Positions 17,778 through 26,267 of a DNA stretch of 27,466 nt are shown piece after piece. A program made the position numbers and the translations under genes. The stretch is from a virus (lineage: Duplodnaviria > Caudoviricetes). Where the stretch lies: positions 1-27,466 of the IMG/VR virus record IMGVR_UViG_3300020374_000027; one strand, 5' to 3'. Each line of letters starts with the position of its first letter. The first letter of the stretch is position 1. The notes under the pieces were generated by a model, which saw only the letters and a program-made list of their open reading frames with translations, did no database searches and had not been told where the DNA came from.

Positions 17778-18561
17778 TAAAAAATCAAAGGCTTGGGAAG
17801 TTTTTGATGGTGTCCAAAAAAGTTGGCCCGAACAGGTTGTAATAAACGATAACAGTTTAGCCACAGAAGCTTTGTCTAACGCAATGTTTTGGGGCTTTGT
17901 GAATAATAATTTAGATATGATTAAAACATTAGAAAAACGTAAACATCAATATTGGTATACCGACACTCCTTATTTTGGTAGATTTGATAATAATAATCTT
18001 AAACCAAATAATCATTATTGGAGAGTATGTAAAAATAGCATACATGCTGATTTATTGCCTGACTGTAAAAGTGATAGATTTGAAAAATTTAAAATAAGAG
18101 TCAAAGCACCAACTTTGAAAGGTGAACATATATTAGTTTGTCCGAGCTCGGCTGGCATACATCAATATCTCGATACTCCAAATTGGACCAACGAAACCGT
18201 AGAGCAAATAAAACGTTACACAGATAGACCAATAAGAATAAGACAAAAACCACGTGGGCGTGGCACATCAGGTCCTAGTGAAGCGAAAGTACCTTTGTCA
18301 GAAGATTTAAAAAATGCCTGGGCATGTGTGACTAGTTGTAGTATTAGTGCTGTTGAAGCTGTATGCATGGGAATACCTGTTTTCAGCCACCAAAAAAGTT
18401 TTGCAAGTCCGATGGGAAATTTACATTTAGCTGATATAGAACAACCTTTTTATCGAGATCCAGAACCATGGTTATATAGTTTAGCGTATCAACAGTTTAC
18501 TCCAGAAGAAATACGTAATGGACATGCGATAGAAATCCTGCTGGACAAAGGAATACTATAA
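17749..18561 (+). CDS. KpsS/KpsC-like GT-B glycosyltransferase
   Basis: DTPYF, ILVCP, IRQKP, VTSCSISAVEAVCMGIPVF, LAYQQFT; paralogue of 14434-15249. ATG at 17749 (TTG 17746 in track). Confidence 0.65.
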   Translation: MLTIYAPLNNKKSKAWEVFDGVQKSWPEQVVINDNSLATEALSNAMFWGFVNNNLDMIKTLEKRKHQYWYTDTPYFGRFDNNNLKPNNHYWRVCKNSIHADLLPDCKSDRFEKFKIRVKAPTLKGEHILVCPSSAGIHQYLDTPNWTNETVEQIKRYTDRPIRIRQKPRGRGTSGPSEAKVPLSEDLKNAWACVTSCSISAVEAVCMGIPVFSHQKSFASPMGNLHLADIEQPFYRDPEPWLYSLAYQQFTPEEIRNGHAIEILLDKGIL

Positions 18562-19358
18562 TGAAACTGATACACTATGGATGTTCATTTGCTATGGGCA
18601 ACGGTATTCCAAATTTTATAAAAGGACTACCTGCCGAAGTTGCACCAAAATTACATTGGAAGACTTCAGCAAAGAGGCAACAAATGCTAGTAAAATATAA
18701 AGAAATGCTGAAAAATATTGAAGAGCCAATGTCATGTGGTAAACACATATCTGATATACTTAATTTTTCATATGTGCGTGAAGCCGAGAATGGCATAAGC
18801 AATGAAATGATATTTAGAAGATTAATATCTAGTATAGAAAAAAATAGTTTTGTCTTAATAGGACTGACTGGGTATAATCGGAGAGAAGGCCTTACAACAG
18901 CAGAAAACAATAGCCACTGGCATACATGGAAGCAAGTTGATCCTGGAGATCCTACTGGCTATAAAGACTTAGCTTTTGATCCATGGGTCAATAAGGAGGG
19001 GCATAGAGAATACCAACCTGCTATTGAACAAGAAGGACAAATTAGGACAGTAATGCAGATCATTTACATGCAAGCACTTCTTAAGTCAAATAATATTCCA
19101 CATCTAATTTTTAATGCTCTTTACAACGGGCTTGACCAACCACTTACTAAAGAATGTAAAAAGTTATTAAAAAAAATAGATCAAAATTATTGTTACAATT
19201 TAGAGTCAACGTTTGATAACTGTCAGCATGGATGGTGCTTACAAAAAGGATTGACTGTAAGCGACCTAGATGAACATCCAAATGTACAAGGACAAAAAGC
19301 TTGGGGAGATTTATTGTTACCACATGTTAAGAATATTTTAAAAATTCATGGCCATTAA
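18561..19358 (+). CDS. SGNH/GDSL-fold protein
   Basis: YGCSF, AENGISN and DEHPNVQGQ; paralogue of 17112-17777. Confidence 0.65.
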   Translation: MKLIHYGCSFAMGNGIPNFIKGLPAEVAPKLHWKTSAKRQQMLVKYKEMLKNIEEPMSCGKHISDILNFSYVREAENGISNEMIFRRLISSIEKNSFVLIGLTGYNRREGLTTAENNSHWHTWKQVDPGDPTGYKDLAFDPWVNKEGHREYQPAIEQEGQIRTVMQIIYMQALLKSNNIPHLIFNALYNGLDQPLTKECKKLLKKIDQNYCYNLESTFDNCQHGWCLQKGLTVSDLDEHPNVQGQKAWGDLLLPHVKNILKIHGH

Positions 19359-19977
19359 AATAGTAAATCAATTTTATGTACCAGCCAACGATGTCCACGT
19401 AAAAGACTGGGAGGCTGGTAAGCCATTTACACAAAATAAATGTTTACAATTATTTGTAAAATATTGTAAAGATAAAAATAAAAAATTTAAAAATATTTTA
19501 GATATAGGCGCATGGGTAGGGACTTGGGCAATAGAAATGCAGGATTTTTGCACAAATAAAATTTATGCATATGAACCTGATCCAATTCATTTTGAATGTT
19601 TACAAAAAAATATTGGCAGTAACATAATTCCAAAACAAGTGGCAATTGGAGCTAATAATGGACAAGTGTCTCTATCAACTGGTGACTTTACACAAGGAAA
19701 AAGAGTTATAGGACAAGGTAATATTGAAATGTTAACCGTCGACAGTCTTAATCTTAAAGACATTGACCTAATAAAAATTGACGTTGAAGGTTATGAGATG
19801 GAAGTTCTTAAAGGTGCAATTAAAACCATGAAGCAAGTAAAATATCTAATGATTGAACTAAACAACAATACCAAAAAATACGGAAGCAGTAATAATCAAA
19901 TTGAAAGGTATCTTAGGAAAAATGGATTTAAGGTTTTACTTAATCATTGGCCAGATAAAGTGTTTGTTAAAAAATAA
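19348..19977 (+). CDS. FkbM-family SAM-dependent methyltransferase
   Basis: LDIGAWVG, YEPDP, IDLIKIDVEGYEMEVLKGA. Confidence 0.9.
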   Translation: MAIKIVNQFYVPANDVHVKDWEAGKPFTQNKCLQLFVKYCKDKNKKFKNILDIGAWVGTWAIEMQDFCTNKIYAYEPDPIHFECLQKNIGSNIIPKQVAIGANNGQVSLSTGDFTQGKRVIGQGNIEMLTVDSLNLKDIDLIKIDVEGYEMEVLKGAIKTMKQVKYLMIELNNNTKKYGSSNNQIERYLRKNGFKVLLNHWPDKVFVKK

Positions 19978-19992
19978 TTTTTAAATAGAAAT

Positions 19993-20997
19993 ATGAAAGT
20001 TTTTATTACAGGAGTAGCAGGTTTTTTGGGTTCACACCTAGCAGACTTGATGATATCAGAGGGCCATAAAGTGGCTGGTAATGATAATATGATTGGTGGC
20101 TATGTAGATAATGTACCACAGGATGTTGAATTTCACCAAGTAGATTGTTGTGATTTGGAGAACATGACCAAAGCAATGGAAGGATGTGATATTGTTTATC
20201 ACACTGCGGCCACTGCATATGAAGGGCTGTCTGTGTTTTCACCTGTACTTGTCACTAGAAATATATTTGAAGCCTCTGTAACCACTATTACTGCCGCTAT
20301 AAGAAACAAAGTAAAACGTATTGTGTACTGTTCAAGTATGGCAAGGTATGGACATCATGATGAAATGCCATATAGAGAAGATTACGAATGTCGTCCCCAA
20401 GATCCTTATGGTATTGCAAAGAAAGCAGGAGAGGATGTGCTTAAAAATTTATGTGAAACACACGGAGTTGAGTATGTAATTGCAGTCCCTCATAACATTG
20501 TTGGACCAAGACAGAAGTATGATGATCCATTTAGGAACGTGATGTCAATAATGTTGAACAGAATGTTACAAGGCAAACAACCAATTATTTACGGAGATGG
20601 CGAACAAAAAAGATGCTTTAGTTATATTGACGATTGTCTATATTGTTTAAACGCCCTAGCATTTCAAGATAATGTTGTTGGTGAAGTAATTAATATAGGT
20701 CCTGACGAAGAACCAATAACAATTATGGAGTTAGCTGAAGCTTGTGCTAATGAAACAGGTATAAATTTAGATCCTATACATCACAAAAACAGACCCAAAG
20801 AAGTTAAACTTGCAGTATGCTCGTCTGACAAAGCTAGGAATTTGTTAGGTTATAGCACAGCAACAAATATGCGACAGTCAGTGAAAAAAACAGCAGAATA
20901 TATTAGAACTAGAGGCACAAAAAAGTTTCAATATCATTTGCCTTTGGAAATTATAAATGAGCAGACCCCGGATACCTGGAAGAAAAAATTGATATGA
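19993..20997 (+). CDS. NAD-dependent NDP-sugar epimerase/dehydratase (extended SDR)
   Basis: GVAGFLG, HTAA, SSMARYG, YGIAK (YxxxK), NIVGP, GDGEQKRCFSYIDD. Confidence 0.93.
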   Translation: MKVFITGVAGFLGSHLADLMISEGHKVAGNDNMIGGYVDNVPQDVEFHQVDCCDLENMTKAMEGCDIVYHTAATAYEGLSVFSPVLVTRNIFEASVTTITAAIRNKVKRIVYCSSMARYGHHDEMPYREDYECRPQDPYGIAKKAGEDVLKNLCETHGVEYVIAVPHNIVGPRQKYDDPFRNVMSIMLNRMLQGKQPIIYGDGEQKRCFSYIDDCLYCLNALAFQDNVVGEVINIGPDEEPITIMELAEACANETGINLDPIHHKNRPKEVKLAVCSSDKARNLLGYSTATNMRQSVKKTAEYIRTRGTKKFQYHLPLEIINEQTPDTWKKKLI

Positions 20998-21704
20998 TAT
21001 CCTTTTCAGTACCGTCGCGTGGCAGGCCTAAGCTTGCGGCAAGGTTAGTTAATTCTGCAAGATCCACCGCTAATAATGATGTTGAAATATTATTCTATCT
21101 CAATAGTGACGATCCAACTTTGCAAGAGTACCAAGATTTATTATCTAGCGAAGATTATGTAATTGGGCCAAATCAATCAACATGCCTCAGTTGGAATCAA
21201 ATGGCCGATAGGGCTAAACATGATATTGTAATGCTAATGGGTGATGATGTGCAAATACAAACAGCAGGCTGGGATACAATGATAGCTGATCAAATTAACA
21301 AATACAAATCAAAAATATTAATGGTTGTGCCAAGTGATGGTAGGAAAAAAGGATCTGGCCAACACGAGATGACAGAACCTTTACTCTGGCATGATGCTCC
21401 TTTAGGTGCGGCACATTTTGCAGTTCACAAAAATTGGATTAATACTTTAGGTTATTTGGCACCACCTTTCTTTTGGCACTTTTGGGTTGATGAATACACA
21501 CAAAAAGTTGCAAGAAAAATAAACAGATGTATGTTTATGCCAAATGTAATTTTTAAAGCAAAAAAAATTTTTGATACTACCGCTACACAGGTTAGGTCAA
21601 ATTTAAATATTGCCGAGCGTGATAAAGCAACATGGCACAAAGTAAAAGTAAGACATCTTAACTCTGATGTACAATGTCTAAAAAAGTTTATTGAAAACGA
21701 TTAA
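20994..21704 (+). CDS. GT2-like glycosyltransferase
   Basis: SVPSRGRP, SDD, SWN, MGDD, HFWVD. Confidence 0.8.
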   Translation: MISFSVPSRGRPKLAARLVNSARSTANNDVEILFYLNSDDPTLQEYQDLLSSEDYVIGPNQSTCLSWNQMADRAKHDIVMLMGDDVQIQTAGWDTMIADQINKYKSKILMVVPSDGRKKGSGQHEMTEPLLWHDAPLGAAHFAVHKNWINTLGYLAPPFFWHFWVDEYTQKVARKINRCMFMPNVIFKAKKIFDTTATQVRSNLNIAERDKATWHKVKVRHLNSDVQCLKKFIEND

Positions 21705-22119
21705 GTATTTTTTGATACTGTTCAATTGACATATCCAATTGAACCACTGGACGTTCAAGGATATTATTTTTTTTTGCAATAACTTTATAGTCTTTGAACA
21801 TAGTAAAGAAAAAAGTATTAGGAGAATATACAATTACTTTATCTTCACATGTAATATAATTTCCTGCGTTTCTATCACCCCTATCTTTGAAAAACCAAAG
21901 ACAAGTGACATCTTTAGTTTTATCTATTAGATCTAGATCCTTATGGTAAGTCCATGACATGTATGTTTGATCTTTTAAATTTTGCCAGTACTTGTGTTGG
22001 AGATTATTTTGGTTTTCATAAAGTTTTTCGTATTCAATTTGGCTAAAAATTGTTTGTGTTCTAAAATATTCAACAGGCTCTTTGTAAAAGTGGTCTTTTT
22101 TAACCTTATCCCAAATCAT
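21688..22119 (-). CDS. Hypothetical protein, degenerate 2OG-Fe(II) oxygenase-like
   Basis: N-terminus KEPVEYF...YEKLYE and YSPNTFFF...ERPVVQ parallel the 15246-15989 product; distal His absent. Confidence 0.5.
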   Translation of the reverse strand: MIWDKVKKDHFYKEPVEYFRTQTIFSQIEYEKLYENQNNLQHKYWQNLKDQTYMSWTYHKDLDLIDKTKDVTCLWFFKDRGDRNAGNYITCEDKVIVYSPNTFFFTMFKDYKVIAKKNNILERPVVQLDMSIEQYQKILNRFQ

Positions 22120-22793
22120 TATGAACTAAAAAGATTAATTAATTCTTTTTTCCAATCGTCACTGTATTCACAATTTCTATAACCATCAAACCAAGGTCCA
22201 CCCTCTGTATAATGTAAAATTTTTGGAGTGCCGTCATTTGGTTCTTTGTACCAGCCTACAAGCCAATTGTATTCATGTGGTAGCATTCCAATTTCATTAT
22301 CATCTAACCAACTAAATCTATGTAAAAATTTTGGAGACTCGCTGTTAAGTAAGTCAGGTGTAAGTATTTTGTTTTTAGGATGTTCGCAGTTCCATAATAC
22401 CATACTACTCCAATTTTTTCTTGGATACACTGTTTGTGTCTGCCCATCCATTTTTGTAGTTTCTTTAGGCGTATAATCATGTTGTACACATACAACCGCT
22501 TTGGACGGATCACAGAATCTTATCAAGTCATGACTTGGTATTTTCCAAAGGAAGTCACAATCGCAAAACACTGCCCAACCTTTGAAGTCATTGAGATACG
22601 GAACAAAAAATCTTGTAAATGTAAATTCTGTTGATGCTAATTTATCAATAGGGCGTGTGTACAATCCTTGATCCCGCATTTGCTTTTGTTTTAATGGTAT
22701 TACTTCGGCAGATGGATCTCTTCGCTTTATTGAGTGTTCACATACTTGATATGCAATATCTTCTCTACTATCGTGTCCTACGTAAATCTTCAT
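22119..22793 (-). CDS. GT8-like (GT-A) glycosyltransferase
   Basis: IYVGHDSRE, STEFTFTRFFVP, FCDCDF (DxD), KNWSS, YNWL, ILHYTEGGPWF. Confidence 0.85.
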   Translation of the reverse strand: MKIYVGHDSREDIAYQVCEHSIKRRDPSAEVIPLKQKQMRDQGLYTRPIDKLASTEFTFTRFFVPYLNDFKGWAVFCDCDFLWKIPSHDLIRFCDPSKAVVCVQHDYTPKETTKMDGQTQTVYPRKNWSSMVLWNCEHPKNKILTPDLLNSESPKFLHRFSWLDDNEIGMLPHEYNWLVGWYKEPNDGTPKILHYTEGGPWFDGYRNCEYSDDWKKELINLFSS

Positions 22794-23406
22794 GTAATAA
22801 TTCGTGTATTTGTTTCCAATTATTTACACGGATTACATCAGGGTGCTGAAAATCACGGTTGTATGGGTGATCTATAAGAATAGGCCTTACTCCATATTTT
22901 AGGCCTGTAAGGGCATTTTTTGGTTTGTCTTCTATAAAATATAAACCTGTGTTATGAAATTCTGCTAACACAGAGTCTTTGTCCGATCCAGTATCAAGTA
23001 TGTGATAGTTTTTAAAAATATGATCACCAAACAATTCTCCAAGTCTTTTTTTGCGTAGTTCTTGTGCAGGTACGTCGGAAGTTTGTGATGTAATAGGAAT
23101 AAATGTCCATCCTTCGGCCGCTAGTAATTTGACCCAAGTTTGTGAATCTGGCATTGGACATTGTGTGCCCATCCATGCACTTTTATTGAACTCTCTTATT
23201 TCTTTTCTAATTTCTGTTATTGAAAGACCAAACCTGTCTGCCATTTCATATGTGTTTTGTTTGTCTTGTAAAAGTTTGTAAGGATATACCCGTTGCTCTT
23301 GGGCATCATAATAATTTCTTTGTAGCATCCATTGAGTAAAATGATATTCCCACTCCAAAAGCACTCCATCTACATCTGTTAAAATGATTCTATCTGATGT
23401 CGGCAT
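22768..23406 (-). CDS. HAD-superfamily 5'(3')-deoxyribonucleotidase-like phosphatase
   Basis: DVDGVL motif I, ITS motif II, K motif III, FIEDKPKN motif IV, PYN and RVNNW. Start 23406 preferred (track 23421). Confidence 0.85.
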   Translation of the reverse strand: MPTSDRIILTDVDGVLLEWEYHFTQWMLQRNYYDAQEQRVYPYKLLQDKQNTYEMADRFGLSITEIRKEIREFNKSAWMGTQCPMPDSQTWVKLLAAEGWTFIPITSQTSDVPAQELRKKRLGELFGDHIFKNYHILDTGSDKDSVLAEFHNTGLYFIEDKPKNALTGLKYGVRPILIDHPYNRDFQHPDVIRVNNWKQIHELLHEDLRRTR

Positions 23407-23857
23407 CTTCCATACCAGCAACTCTTAACTTAACAATATTTGTTATCTGCCATTGTTTTTGGTCTAGACCTTTTGTGATACCTAACCATTGATTTCTTAA
23501 TAGTGCAAATTCATTTATTATTTTTTCCATATCAACAACGTCCTGTTCACCATCTACATATTTTTCAGCGTCTCTACTAGATAATGCTCTGTTGTAGTTT
23601 TCTAAGAATTTTTTAAAAGATTTAGATCTTGTTCTGCGTAATTCAATATTAAGATAATTTAAGATAGCTTCAATCTGTTGCAATTGGTTGAATCTCTGTT
23701 CAACTACGCCTGGAAGTGCCGCTGATGCTTTTTCAAGATTGCCGTATATACGTATTTCCTTTTTAGCATTCTGTAGTTCTATGTCAAAATGTGTAATACA
23801 ATCAGGGATCTTGTCGAGATTTCTACTTACTTCACTGTACCAATTAATTGTCTTCAT
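23390..23857 (-). CDS. uvsY: Recombination mediator UvsY
   Basis: All-helical; EKYVDGEQD and KGLDQKQWQITNIVKLRVAG match the UvsY C-terminus; near uvsX. Start 23857 preferred (track 23899). Confidence 0.8.
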   Translation of the reverse strand: MKTINWYSEVSRNLDKIPDCITHFDIELQNAKKEIRIYGNLEKASAALPGVVEQRFNQLQQIEAILNYLNIELRRTRSKSFKKFLENYNRALSSRDAEKYVDGEQDVVDMEKIINEFALLRNQWLGITKGLDQKQWQITNIVKLRVAGMEDADIR

Positions 23858-24089
23858 ATCGATCGCTGTAGTCTTCTGTGTCATCATCGTATTCCTCAAA
23901 AACTGTGTTTACTGCTTCTTCAAGCTTTGGATCATATTCACCAATTGCTTTGATTTCGTCATGTTCAACACCAATGTCATCTAAACATTTTACAAAATCT
24001 ATAGCGGCATCTGCCTTTTGTTTTTCAGGGATAAAATGAACAACTGCGTTCCACAAACGTTCAATATCTTCTTGGGTCATTTCTACCAT
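23844..24089 (-). CDS. Hypothetical acidic protein
   Basis: 81 aa; TAATG junction with uvsX, AAGGA upstream; D/E-rich tail. Confidence 0.75.
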   Translation of the reverse strand: MVEMTQEDIERLWNAVVHFIPEKQKADAAIDFVKCLDDIGVEHDEIKAIGEYDPKLEEAVNTVFEEYDDDTEDYSDRYEDN

Positions 24090-25132
24090 TATTTTTCCTT
24101 AGGTTGGTCTATGCTTAATTTATCAAAATCTTTCATAAGCATATCTAATTTATCTCCAACCCAGGCTTTTCTGAACTCAATGTGTTCATTTCCTGCGGAA
24201 TCAATATATTTTAATCTATTTCCCTGTTGTGTCAGCACACCTTTTTTCTCAAATAAATCAACAAGTCCACTATAAGGATCCATACCTGTGTCATAAGGAA
24301 TCTTAACTTGTACGCCTTCAAATGGTTTGGCGTATCTTGTTTTCATGACTTTACAAGCGGCTCTTATGCCTCTTACATCTGTGACTTTATTGCCTTTTTC
24401 ATCTTCTTTTAGTTTTAATTTTTTCATAGCGACAACAATACTCGACGCATAGATAAATCCTTGCCCACCTGATATTTTATCATCTGGATCAAACATATCT
24501 TGTGATGCATATGTATGGTTAGTTGCTATCATACCAACGTTCCAAGATCCAAACATGTTTACACAGTTTCTCACAAGTGCTGTCAGTGCCTTTGGTTTAC
24601 GACCTAGGTCGCCTTTCATTTCACCAGCTTCAAACTGATTAACATCTGTTGGAGTCAGCATCATGCCTAAAGAATCAATTACAAATAGTACCTTTGGAGC
24701 ACCTTCTTTGTTGTCTGCATGTTGCTCTTTGTAGCCTTTCATGAATTCGCTTACAGTTTTTGCCACATCATCTACCATAGACATACTAAGTTTTAAAAGT
24801 TTGTCTTCTGATGTGTCTACTTTGAGTGCTTGTAACCATTGCTCATCTAGTGCATTTTCTGTATCAATTAATATTACAAATATGCCTTGTTCTTGTGCGT
24901 TTTTAATTATGTTTCCAGATGCTATGTAACTTTTGCCTGCACCCGACTCACCGGCAAGCACAGTGACTTTGCCTAACGGAATACCTTTACGAAAATCACC
25001 AGTCATCAAATAGTTTAATGCATAGTTGCCTGTTGATATCCAGTCTGTAGGATCATTGAATCCTATACCTAATCCTTGGATAGATTTTGTAATACTCTTT
25101 CTAAATTTAGTTGCGTCAAATACTTTTGTCAT
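24089..25132 (-). CDS. uvsX: RecA-like recombinase UvsX
   Basis: ISTG, GESGAGKS Walker A, IDTENA, VIDSLG Walker B, TNHTY, SGGQG, KTR. ATG 25132 has an AAGGA SD (track start 25171 lies inside the promoter). Confidence 0.93.
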   Translation of the reverse strand: MTKVFDATKFRKSITKSIQGLGIGFNDPTDWISTGNYALNYLMTGDFRKGIPLGKVTVLAGESGAGKSYIASGNIIKNAQEQGIFVILIDTENALDEQWLQALKVDTSEDKLLKLSMSMVDDVAKTVSEFMKGYKEQHADNKEGAPKVLFVIDSLGMMLTPTDVNQFEAGEMKGDLGRKPKALTALVRNCVNMFGSWNVGMIATNHTYASQDMFDPDDKISGGQGFIYASSIVVAMKKLKLKEDEKGNKVTDVRGIRAACKVMKTRYAKPFEGVQVKIPYDTGMDPYSGLVDLFEKKGVLTQQGNRLKYIDSAGNEHIEFRKAWVGDKLDMLMKDFDKLSIDQPKEK

Positions 25133-25142
25133 AATATCCTTT

Positions 25143-25171
25143 ATTATAATACACAAGGCCTTAACTGTCAA
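25143..25171 (-). promoter_or_regulatory. Perfect-consensus sigma70 promoter for uvsX
   Basis: TTGACA(25171-25166)-N17-TATAAT(25148-25143). Confidence 0.85.
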
Positions 25172-25185
25172 TAATTAAGGCCTTG
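25154..25185 (-). terminator. 11-bp perfect inverted repeat after gene 32 (terminator or operator)
   Basis: CAAGGCCTTAA-N10-TTAAGGCCTTG, 13 nt after the gp32 stop; followed only by TGTATT, a weak U tract. Confidence 0.55.
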
Positions 25186-25198
25186 GTAAATGTCAGAT

Positions 25199-26173
25199 TT
25201 ATTTTGCTTGTCTTGATCTTATCAATTTCAAAATATCTTCTGCTCTTTTAGCACTATCCGTAGTTGGTTGTGCAGGAGCAGTAGTGTCTGCTGTTGGTTG
25301 TTCTGCCACTGGGCTTGCTTCAGCTTGCGGCGTAGACTCTACGACCTTTGCTGGCTGTTGTGCTTGTGGTATGTTTACTTGACTAGCACTTACTCCTGCT
25401 GGTCTAAAGTATTGTCCATATTTTTCCAGATCATACGCCTCACCATCTACAGACTTTTCAAATAATTCTTTAATTATTTTTACTTCTGCATCAGTTGGCT
25501 CTTTAGGTCTAAAGTCACCAAGATTGTGTAAACCAAATTTTTCAACAGCACTTCTTTCTGCTTCGTCAAGTGCTCTTTCTCTTCTTGACCATTTTGATGT
25601 TGAATAATCAGCATATCCACCTTTAGTGGTTTTGTTAATTCTAAAATCAACACCTCTTACACTGTCAGTTGGCAATTCTTCCATTTCTGGATCCAATAAT
25701 GCCGCTCTAATAATGTTAAAGATTTGAGGACCAATTATGAATCTTCTGATTGGATTCTCTGGTGTTGTATCCTCTGCTAATGGATTTGTTACAACAAAAC
25801 CTTGGAATATATAACTTTTCTTTTTCCAATATTTTCTGCCCATGTCTTCCATGCTTTTGTCTTTGAACCATGGTCTAACTTCAGTTAGCACTGGACATGT
25901 TTTGCCATACATTTCCATACAAGGAACTTGTACTTGTACTGGTCTTGAATCTGTTTGACCTTTTATACCTGCAAATGGTAGTTTGATCATGTTTCTTTCA
26001 GTCCAGAAAAATGTATTGTTTGTATCCTTATCTGGTAAGAATCTAACGACTGCTTCTGAGCCTTCAGATATATTCCAGTGTGGATAAATGGCGTTGTCTC
26101 CGCCTGTTGATGAAGTTGAGCGATTAACTTCTTGTGATTTTAACTTCGCTCTTATTTCAGCCAATGTAGCCAT
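25199..26173 (-). CDS. Single-stranded DNA-binding protein, T4 gp32-like
   Basis: AVVRFLP, PC...CPV, KYWKKKSY, GVDFRI, GGYADYSTSKW, low-complexity linker; AGGAGG SD. Confidence 0.9.
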   Translation of the reverse strand: MATLAEIRAKLKSQEVNRSTSSTGGDNAIYPHWNISEGSEAVVRFLPDKDTNNTFFWTERNMIKLPFAGIKGQTDSRPVQVQVPCMEMYGKTCPVLTEVRPWFKDKSMEDMGRKYWKKKSYIFQGFVVTNPLAEDTTPENPIRRFIIGPQIFNIIRAALLDPEMEELPTDSVRGVDFRINKTTKGGYADYSTSKWSRRERALDEAERSAVEKFGLHNLGDFRPKEPTDAEVKIIKELFEKSVDGEAYDLEKYGQYFRPAGVSASQVNIPQAQQPAKVVESTPQAEASPVAEQPTADTTAPAQPTTDSAKRAEDILKLIRSRQAK

Positions 26174-26238
26174 AATGTAAGCCTCCTATTTGTGCCTATG
26201 TTTGTTTTGCCTAAATGTATATTAGACATATAGTACAT

Positions 26239-26267
26239 AATATACAACTATATTTATCTAATGTCTA
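26239..26267 (-). promoter_or_regulatory. Sigma70-type promoter for gene 32 with embedded late-like TAAATA
   Basis: TAGACA(26267-26262)-N17-TATATT(26244-26239); GATAAATA within the spacer. Confidence 0.6.

Noticed and set aside
8452-22793. Bacterial capsule/LPS locus, i.e. a host chromosome or chimeric contig
   Set aside because: The island's ends overlap phage-type genes directly, composition looks continuous, and export or polymerase genes are absent.
25133-25171. N-terminal extension of UvsX given in the ORF track
   Set aside because: The TTG 'start' is the -35 hexamer of the promoter; ATG 25132 has an SD.
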